Assembly: GCA_041661045.1 (NCBI GenBank)
Contig: JBAZVE010000001.1
Coordinates: 780,001-812,000 of the forward strand
DNA from: Candidatus Saccharimonadota bacterium
GTDB taxonomy: Bacteria; Patescibacteriota; Gracilibacteria; UBA1369; 2-02-FULL-48-14
DNA: 32,000 bases
Direction: 5' to 3'
Below, one piece after another: positions 8,119 through 14,823 of this stretch (position 1 is the first letter of the stretch; each line of letters starts with the position of its first letter). The notes under the pieces are model-generated. The model worked only from the letters and a program-made list of their open reading frames with translations. It had not been told where the DNA came from and did no database searches. The position numbers were made by a program, and so were the translations under genes.

Positions 8119-8965
8119 ATGAGTGAAAAAGTGACTTCGATTATCATGTTTAAACAGAATGGCATCCGCAGACATTGGGATGACCTGGGGAAGATTTGGT
8201 ATTTTTCAATCGTTGATGTGATCGCTGTGTTGACGGAGTCTACAGTGCCAAGAAGATATTGGAGCGATCTTAAAAAAACTCGATAAAGAAGGAAGTCAGT
8301 TGTACGAAAAAATCGTACAGCTGAAATTGACTTCATCTGATGGCAAAAAATATTTAACAGACTGTTTTTCAACTCAGGATTTACTTAGAGCCATTCAATC
8401 CATCCCTTCTCCAAAAGCAGAGCCATTCAAAATGTGGCTTGCTGAGATTGGGAAAGAGAGGCTTGATGAGATAGAAAATCCAGAATTGGCGCAAGAACGG
8501 ATGAAAGCATTGTATGAAAAGAAAGGATATTCAAAAGATTGGATTGATAAGCGCTTGCGTGGGATTGCGATTCGGCAGAATTTGACGGATGAATGGAGGA
8601 ATCGCGGCTTAACGCACGAAAAAGATTATGTGATTTTGACTGCTGAGATCTCTAAAGCCTCGTTTGGCATGACGCCGAGCGAATACAAGAAATACAAAAA
8701 TATCCCCGAGAAAACAAAAGCAAATTTACACGATAACATGACGGACTTGGAACTGATTTTCACGATGCTCGGAGAAAAGATGACAACCGAAATTTCTCAC
8801 GAAGAAAAGCCAAAAGTGATGGTGGAGCATAAAAAAGTGGCTAGACATGGAGGCGGAGTGGCGGGTAGTGCCCGCAAGCACGCAGAAAAGGAATTGGGAC
8901 GAAGCGTGATTTCAAAGGGGAATTATCTGCAGAGTAGTACGAAAAAACAGTTGAAAAACCTATAG
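8119..8965 (+). pseudogene. Bro-N domain / antirepressor-like protein, interrupted by a +1 frameshift in an A7 run
   Basis: The 8119-8286 ORF (…WYFSIVDVIAVLTES…YWSDLKKTR*) and the 8300-8965 ORF (…IQSIPSPKAEPFKMWLAEIGKERLDEIENPELAQERM…DWIDKRLRGIAIRQNLTDEW…) are the two halves of one widespread conserved protein. Removing one A from A7 (8272-8278) gives the continuous sequence …DLKKLDKEGSQLYEKIVQLKL…, 281 aa. Confidence 0.7.
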
Positions 8966-9000
8966 AATATCTGAATTGGACGAAATGGGAAATACTAATA

Positions 9001-9471
9001 TTATTCCCCTTGACTTTGATCTAATTCCACATCCCAAGCAGCGGGTCCGACTTTTAGATCAAGGTCCCCTTGTTTGTTAAAGAAATCGATATAATCTACT
9101 TCCGTTGGCAGGTGAAGTGCGTGTTGGCACCCATCCAATTGTGTGGCCATCAAGATAGCTAGTATTGTTTTTTTGGTATGTTTTTGGAGTAAATAGATTG
9201 GCAGTCTTATAGGTACTGTCGACAGTCTAAGGAGTGCTTTTTTCGTTGCAAAGGCTTTATACTCTGGGCTTCGCATCATCTTTACTTCAACTTCAAATGC
9301 GTATTCAATCCCAAGGATTTCCATGATTTCCTCTATTCCTCCCGCCTTAGTAAAGGCAATCATTTTTTTGGGATCGGTCAGCATGTCGTCTATTCTTTTT
9401 TGGAGTACTGAGCTTCTCGTTATTTGATCCTTCAATCTGGTTATACCCTCTAAGGAATCCAAACGGTGCAT
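9001..9471 (-). CDS. hypothetical protein, 156 aa
   Basis: ORF with its own promoter match. AT-rich. No family recognised. Confidence 0.5.
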   Translation of the reverse strand: MHRLDSLEGITRLKDQITRSSVLQKRIDDMLTDPKKMIAFTKAGGIEEIMEILGIEYAFEVEVKMMRSPEYKAFATKKALLRLSTVPIRLPIYLLQKHTKKTILAILMATQLDGCQHALHLPTEVDYIDFFNKQGDLDLKVGPAAWDVELDQSQGE

Positions 9472-9498
9472 ATAGTGATAAGTTTTAGGTAAGGGGTG

Positions 9499-9526
9499 AT
9501 TTTAACAGAATCGTTTTCTTAGTCAA
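9499..9526 (-). promoter_or_regulatory. candidate sigma70-type promoter for the 9001..9471 gene
   Basis: On the minus strand: TTGACT (plus-strand 9521-9526), 16-nt spacer, TAAAAT (9499-9504), 27 nt upstream of the ATG at 9471. Confidence 0.45.
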
Positions 9527-9533
9527 AGAAAAA

Positions 9534-9610
9534 TGGTCGGAGTGGCGGGACTTGAACCCACGACCTCTTGGACCCCATCCAAGCGCGCTAGCCAACTGCG
9601 CTACACCCCG
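9534..9610 (-). tRNA. tRNA-Pro (anticodon GGG), CCA encoded
   Basis: Same acceptor, D and T arms as the tRNA at 4419-4495. Anticodon stem CTTGG/CCAAG with loop ATGGGGT, giving anticodon GGG and G37. 77 nt. Confidence 0.9.
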
Positions 9611-9623
9611 ACATGCAACTGTT

Positions 9624-10892
9624 TTAGCAGATTTTTATCGTTTGCGAAATCCTTTTAAGTCCGAGCAGGGTCACGGTGCTCTCCGCGGCGATGGCGGAAA
9701 AGAGGATGAGGAAGGTTTTTAGGATCGGGTCTTGGAGGGGTAGGGAGAGGCCTAGGATGATGAGGAAGACCAGGAGAGCGAGGCCTTCGCGTTTGAGGAG
9801 CCAGAGGTCTTGTTCGTAGGCGAAAAGGGTGATGAGGACCAGATCATAAAAATAAGAAACGCCCGCGAGGATGAGGAGGAGGGGGAGTAGGAACCAAAGT
9901 TCGGGGAGGATGAAGTCTTTGCCGCTGAGGAGTTCGATGGCGGTGGGGGCGACGAAGGAGCCCCCTAAAATCATGAGCAGGGCCATGAGGAGCAGGGTTT
10001 TTTTGAGGGTGCGGAAAAGGTCGCAGATTTTTTTACTTTCCTTGTGTTGAATGGCCTGTTTGAGGGCGGGGAGGGAAGAGAACATGAGCAGTGTGGACAG
10101 CAGGCTCGCCGTGCTGGCAAGATGCAGACTGAGATTGTAGGAGCCGTATTGCGCGTCCGTGAGGGTTTGCGAAATGAAGTAGCTGGGCATAAAGCGGAAA
10201 TACAAATTGTTGAGGATGTTGATGATTCCGAAGGGCAAAGCGGTGAGCAGCAGCATTCTCATGAGGGCGGGATCCAGCTTCCATTCAAAGCGGATCAGTT
10301 GGCGGACAAAAAGGAGAGAAAGCGTGCTGGCCACGGCGGCCCCCGTCAGGGGGCCTAAAAAGAAAAGGGGTGCGCTCGCGGGCGCTTCTAAATAAATCAA
10401 TAAGGCGATGAGCCCCAGACTGGCGGCTCGGCCGAGCACCAGGGCCGCTGTGGCGCGCCCCATTTTATAATTGGCCTGCAGCATTCCGTCGCAAACGGAG
10501 GTGATGTAATCCAAAAATAAAGAGCTCATAAAAAAGAGCACGCCGAAGAAAAAGATGCTGTTTGGAATCCAGATCCAAGCGAAAAGGGCTCCCACCGCAA
10601 AAAAAGTGCCGGCTGTACCCATGCGCAGCACCAGGGCGTTTACAAAGAGTTTTCCATCGTGTGGGCTCTCGGACATTTTGCGCACCGTGTTTCCAAAAAT
10701 CCCCAAGTTTGCCACCACAGAAAAGAACAAGGCGTACTCGGAAATCTTGCCATACACGCCATATTCTTCCAGCCCCAAGGCATGCGTCACCATCCTAATG
10801 CTCACAATTCCCAGCACTATTTGCGCCACTTTCCCAAAAAGCTGCACCACGGTGGACCAAACGATCTTATTTTTTAGTGCGTGTGAAAGCAT
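9624..10892 (-). CDS. polysaccharide/oligosaccharide flippase (MOP superfamily, Wzx/PST-like)
   Basis: 422 aa and polytopic (about 12 hydrophobic segments). The N-terminus 'VVQLFGKVAQIVLGIVSIRMVTHALGLEEYGVYG' is typical of the Polysacc_synt family. Confidence 0.7.
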   Translation of the reverse strand: MLSHALKNKIVWSTVVQLFGKVAQIVLGIVSIRMVTHALGLEEYGVYGKISEYALFFSVVANLGIFGNTVRKMSESPHDGKLFVNALVLRMGTAGTFFAVGALFAWIWIPNSIFFFGVLFFMSSLFLDYITSVCDGMLQANYKMGRATAALVLGRAASLGLIALLIYLEAPASAPLFFLGPLTGAAVASTLSLLFVRQLIRFEWKLDPALMRMLLLTALPFGIINILNNLYFRFMPSYFISQTLTDAQYGSYNLSLHLASTASLLSTLLMFSSLPALKQAIQHKESKKICDLFRTLKKTLLLMALLMILGGSFVAPTAIELLSGKDFILPELWFLLPLLLILAGVSYFYDLVLITLFAYEQDLWLLKREGLALLVFLIILGLSLPLQDPILKTFLILFSAIAAESTVTLLGLKRISQTIKIC

Positions 10893-11614
10893 CAGGGTAA
10901 AACCTCAATTATGCGAGCTTCGCCCAATAAAATATCCGTGTCGTGGTAATCGTGCAGGGCGTTTTGGATGGTTTCCCAACTGTAGACATAATCCGCGCCG
11001 TTGCGTGTGCCCACATCGTGCGTCACGATCTGCATTTTATCCGCATCGTACCCTTTCACCACGACCATGTGGTAGATGGGACCTCCATTTTGAAAGTTGG
11101 GATTGTAGAGCAGTTTCCCTGCAAAAGGCGCAATAATCAGGTGACCGCTGGCCAGAATCTTTTGAAAATCTTCGAAACTCGGATCCTCGTGCACCACGGT
11201 TTCGAGTCCGTATTGCGTCTCAATCATCTCTACCGTTTGGGCTACTGTGGTGTGTTCGTAGGCTCCAAACACTTCTATTTCCCAATCCACCAAACGCAAG
11301 AGTTCCGCGTTGTAAGCCTCCCGATCCAAATTCATATCTTTATACTCGTTGGCCACCAACAGCACGCTGGCTTCCTCACAAGCCTCCTGCCAGGGGTAAT
11401 CCCAGTTGGAGTAGGGGGCTTGCGTGTAAAAAGGCATATCGATGTTGACTTGCGCGGGGAGGGTTTCTTGCACTTGGGGCAGATCCTCCAGATCTATTGC
11501 CACCGGTGCCACCGGACCCTCCAACCTTTCCGCTCGGAGCACTTGAATTTTTTCTCTACTCCAGTATGCTCCCGCCACTGCAGCTGTTCCGATCGCTAAA
11601 ACGAGCAAAACCAC
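10892..11614 (-). CDS. membrane-anchored C39-like (papain-fold) cysteine peptidase family protein; start uncertain
   Basis: 'FYTQAPYSNWDYPWQEACEEASVLL' gives the Gln and Cys. 'IYHMVVVKGYD' gives the His and 'THDVG' the Asp. An N-terminal TM segment is present (VLLVLAIGTAAVAGAYW). There is no in-frame ATG after the AT-rich intergenic stretch, so I chose the GTG at 11614. The only ATG (11884) would read through the divergent promoter and the 5' end of the GGDEF gene. The TGA stop overlaps the flippase ATG (TGATG). Confidence 0.6.
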   Translation of the reverse strand: MVLLVLAIGTAAVAGAYWSREKIQVLRAERLEGPVAPVAIDLEDLPQVQETLPAQVNIDMPFYTQAPYSNWDYPWQEACEEASVLLVANEYKDMNLDREAYNAELLRLVDWEIEVFGAYEHTTVAQTVEMIETQYGLETVVHEDPSFEDFQKILASGHLIIAPFAGKLLYNPNFQNGGPIYHMVVVKGYDADKMQIVTHDVGTRNGADYVYSWETIQNALHDYHDTDILLGEARIIEVLP

Positions 11615-11631
11615 TGCCCAGCGCCACCCTC

Positions 11632-11659
11632 TTGATTTAAAGTTGTATTGTGGTATAAT
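11632..11659 (+). promoter_or_regulatory. strong sigma70-type promoter with extended -10 for the GGDEF gene
   Basis: TTGATT at 11632-11637, 16-nt spacer, TGGTATAAT at 11651-11659, 31 nt upstream of the ATG at 11691. Confidence 0.55.
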
Positions 11660-11690
11660 ATTAAGGTTAGGTAATCTTATTTTAATCCAA

Positions 11691-12782
11691 ATGACTGTTG
11701 AAGCACAAGTGGCGGATTGGGAGGCGGATGCTGGAACTGAAGCTGAAGCCGCTATAGAGGGGATGTTCCCTTTGGACTTTAAATTTCCGGATAATGTTGC
11801 TGAACGATTTCTTGTTGAAGCTGGGCTCAACTCTCTCAAACCTGGCCTTCGTTTTCCTTCCTGTCTTAGTAGGGTTGCCCTCACTTGTATAAAAGAACAG
11901 TTTGGGCCGGAATTTTCGTCGGGGGCTTCGGGATCTTACCTTCGCCAGAGCTTGCGTGGATTTATGGATGAGGTGATGGATTTGCCAGCAGTGAATTTGA
12001 AGAATATGTTGCCGCAAAATTTTTGGCTTGAGTATGTTCGTCCCAATCTGAGAGCGCTTCAACGGGATATTAAAAAAGATGTGCTCCTTTTGCGTGAACG
12101 GGCGGCGGCAAAAAATAAAATAGATGAGCTCCTGGAGGATCTCAATGCGGTAGGGGATGAAAGAGACCACTTTAGACGCCGTTTTGAGGAGGCTCAGGCG
12201 GATTCTCTTACCGACAGCTTAACCACTCTTCCAAACAGGAGAGCCATGGAGGAAAGAATGCGCAAAATAGCTCAAGAGCAGCCGGCGGCTCCATTTGTCT
12301 TTATGGTTTTTGATTTGGATAAATTTAAGGACCTCAATGACGAGTTTGGTCATCTGGCCGGAGATAAGGCTTTGTATCAACTCGGTGGCTTTATCAGTGA
12401 TCTTTCAAGTACTCTTCGTTATGACGATATTTGTCGTTGGGGTGGAGATGAGTTTGGGGTTTTGATTCCCAATGGGGATGGTCGCGCGGAGGAGGTTGCA
12501 GAACTGATTCGTAATAAAGTGGCAGAGAGTACCTTTATATTGCCCACGAATAGTGGAACCAGAACGGAGATCAAGAAAACCCTGTCTATTGGATTGGCTC
12601 ACTGTACGGGAGCTGATCTTGCTACGGATGCTCCTTATCGTAAGGCTGATGCCGCTTTGCATTTGGCCAAGGGGCATCGACTCGATGCTGAGGACCGCGT
12701 TTTGGAACGGAATGTGCTGCCTGGTCGTGATAGGGTCGTGGTTTATGGAAAGCCCTCTACTTATCCCCAAGCGGAGGTCTAG
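11691..12782 (+). CDS. diguanylate cyclase (GGDEF domain) with an uncharacterised N-terminal region
   Basis: 'LTTLPNRRAMEE', 'FDLDKFKDLNDEFGHLAGDKAL' and an intact 'RWGGDEFGVL' active-site motif. Start set to the ATG at 11691, downstream of the promoter. Alternative starts are 11643 and 11964. Confidence 0.85.
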   Translation: MTVEAQVADWEADAGTEAEAAIEGMFPLDFKFPDNVAERFLVEAGLNSLKPGLRFPSCLSRVALTCIKEQFGPEFSSGASGSYLRQSLRGFMDEVMDLPAVNLKNMLPQNFWLEYVRPNLRALQRDIKKDVLLLRERAAAKNKIDELLEDLNAVGDERDHFRRRFEEAQADSLTDSLTTLPNRRAMEERMRKIAQEQPAAPFVFMVFDLDKFKDLNDEFGHLAGDKALYQLGGFISDLSSTLRYDDICRWGGDEFGVLIPNGDGRAEEVAELIRNKVAESTFILPTNSGTRTEIKKTLSIGLAHCTGADLATDAPYRKADAALHLAKGHRLDAEDRVLERNVLPGRDRVVVYGKPSTYPQAEV

Positions 12783-12828
12783 GCCTCTTTACATCTCCAC
12801 GGGGCTTCATTAAAATCCGGGGGCATTT

Positions 12829-13851
12829 ATGTTTACCTTAAAAAATAAACTCGATAAGGCGACTTGCCTTAAAAATTTGGCGGCGGAGCCGTTTAAACGG
12901 ATTACGCTATCGTTTTACAGATATACCAAGATTCAGCATCCGCGGGATTTTAGGGATCAACTGTATAGGGAGTGGAGTGAGTTGGGTGTGTTTGGGCGGA
13001 TTTATTTGGCTCGAGAGGGGATCAACGCACAGATGAGTGTGCCGGAGCCGCAGTTTGAGGCGTTTAAAGCCAATTTGGAGAGCCACGCGGCCTTTAAGGC
13101 GATGCCGCTCAAGATAGGGGTGGAGCAGGGCGAGTCTTTTTACAAGCTCACCATTAAGGTTAAAAATCAGATTGTGGCGGATGGACTTCCGGAGGACAGC
13201 TACGACCTTTCGCAAGTGGGAAATCATCTGACGGCAGAAGAGTTCAATAAGGCTCTGGAGGATGCGAATACGGTGGTGGTGGACATGCGCAATTTTTACG
13301 AAAGCAAGATTGGTCATTTTGAGGGAGCGGTGTGCCCGGACAGCAATACTTTTAAGGAAGAGTTGCCGATGGCTTTGGAGGCCCTGAAGGGAAAGGAGGA
13401 TCAAAAAGTGTTGCTCTATTGCACGGGAGGCATTCGTTGTGAAAAGGCCAGCGCTTACCTTAAGCATCAAGGATTCAAGGATGTGAATCAATTGCACGGT
13501 GGGATTATTGCGTACAAACACGAGATTGAGCAGAAAGGCCTGCCGTCCAAATTCAAGGGGAGCAATTATGTGTTTGATGAACGGATTAGTGAGCGTATCA
13601 CGCCGGATGTGCTCAGTGAGTGCGATCAATGTGATGTGCGCTGTGATCGTTATGTGAACTGCGCCAACGCGGCGTGCAATTTGCTTTTTTTACAATGTGA
13701 GGCTTGCCGTGAGCGCATGCATGGCGCGTGTACACCGGAGTGCAAAGGGGTCGCGGACTTGCCGGAAGAGGAGCGCAAGGCGTACTACGCGGCGCAGGAA
13801 AAATGCACTTATGCCGTGTATGTTTCGCGGATCAGGCCGAATTTGAAATAG
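12829..13851 (+). CDS. trhO: rhodanese-domain tRNA uridine(34) hydroxylase TrhO (YceA/UPF0176 family)
   Basis: 'ISFYRYTKI', 'GRIYLAREGINAQMSVP', and the rhodanese active-site loop 'YCTGGIRCEKASAYLKHQGF'. Cys-rich C-terminal tail. Confidence 0.85.
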   Translation: MFTLKNKLDKATCLKNLAAEPFKRITLSFYRYTKIQHPRDFRDQLYREWSELGVFGRIYLAREGINAQMSVPEPQFEAFKANLESHAAFKAMPLKIGVEQGESFYKLTIKVKNQIVADGLPEDSYDLSQVGNHLTAEEFNKALEDANTVVVDMRNFYESKIGHFEGAVCPDSNTFKEELPMALEALKGKEDQKVLLYCTGGIRCEKASAYLKHQGFKDVNQLHGGIIAYKHEIEQKGLPSKFKGSNYVFDERISERITPDVLSECDQCDVRCDRYVNCANAACNLLFLQCEACRERMHGACTPECKGVADLPEEERKAYYAAQEKCTYAVYVSRIRPNLK

Positions 13852-13969
13852 GCCGGCGGGGCAAAGGTGACTATACCCTCACCATGGTTTTTGTCATGTG
13901 GAAATGAGGGTTTGAATCTGTTAATTGGGTGGTTTTGTGGTAGAATTGAGTTTCCTTAACCCCTCCACT

Positions 13970-14752
13970 ATGACAGACCAAGAACTGTATGAAAAAGCCA
14001 AACTTTATGGAAAGAATGTCCTGTTGTGGCGGAGGAAGTTCATGGGCTTACTGCCGGAAGTGGAGAAGCGTCGGCTCTACCTGGTGAAGGGTTTTGGTTC
14101 TGTGTTTGAATTTGCTTTTAAGCTGGCCGGACTGAGTGAAGAGCAAGTACGAATGGCGTTGAACCTGGAAAAACGGTTTTCGGACCTGCCTGCTTTGAAG
14201 GCTCTTTTGGAACGAGGTGAGGTGAGTGTGAATAAGCTGGTTCGTATTCAATCCGTGGTCACCGCAGAGAATGAATCTTTTTGGGCGCAGCAGGTTCAGC
14301 TTCTTCCCAAAAAAGCTTTGGAGACTTTGGTGCGGGATGAAAAATCTTTGCCCGGGCAAAGGGTTCCGCTACAAATTTCGGATGCTGTCAAAAGCAGGCT
14401 CGAGCACTTGCAAGAGAAAGGAATAGATGTCAGTGCTTTGCTCACGGAATTGCTTGACCGCCATGAAGAGGAAATTGCGGAGGAAAAAGAAGCCATTGCA
14501 GTAAGCCTGCCTGAAACGCAGTCCCGTCATGTACCGGTGCGAACCAAAAAAGTCCTCGAAAAAGAACACGGCAGTAAGTGTTCTGTTCCAGGTTGCCAAA
14601 AACCCTCCGAGCAGCTTCATCATACGCAAACCTTTGCGCTCAGTCATCGGCACGATCCGCACTACTTAGCACCACTCTGCAAAGAACATCACCTCATTGC
14701 ACACTCCATTAATGTGAAGGTGCAGGAACACAGAATGAGGGTGGTAAAATAA
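13970..14752 (+). CDS. HNH endonuclease domain protein (DUF222-like N-terminal region)
   Basis: C-terminal 'CSVPGCQKPSEQLHHTQTFALSHRHDPHYLAPLCKEHHLIAHS' is an HNH/zinc-finger signature. Start set to the ATG at 13970; the ORF-track start at 13925 is a TTG. Confidence 0.7.
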   Translation: MTDQELYEKAKLYGKNVLLWRRKFMGLLPEVEKRRLYLVKGFGSVFEFAFKLAGLSEEQVRMALNLEKRFSDLPALKALLERGEVSVNKLVRIQSVVTAENESFWAQQVQLLPKKALETLVRDEKSLPGQRVPLQISDAVKSRLEHLQEKGIDVSALLTELLDRHEEEIAEEKEAIAVSLPETQSRHVPVRTKKVLEKEHGSKCSVPGCQKPSEQLHHTQTFALSHRHDPHYLAPLCKEHHLIAHSINVKVQEHRMRVVK

Positions 14753-14815
14753 AAGAGACCGCTCCGGCGCAGATGAACTTTAGCGCCTCACGGTCTCTTT
14801 AATTTTAGGTTTTTA
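14752..14815. terminator. bidirectional stem-loop terminator between convergent genes
   Basis: AAGAGACCG (14753-14761) pairs with CGGTCTCTT (14791-14799). An inner GGCGC/GCGCC helix lies within. T-runs follow on the plus strand and a U-rich tract follows on the minus strand. Confidence 0.55.
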
Positions 14816-14823
14816 GTGCAGGA

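Noticed and set aside
10555-11599. Plus-strand ORFs of 193 and 218 aa
   Set aside because: Antisense to the flippase and C39-like peptidase genes. Their products are not protein-like in composition.
12907-13629. 240-aa minus-strand ORF
   Set aside because: Antisense to trhO, whose rhodanese active-site loop and family motifs are clear.
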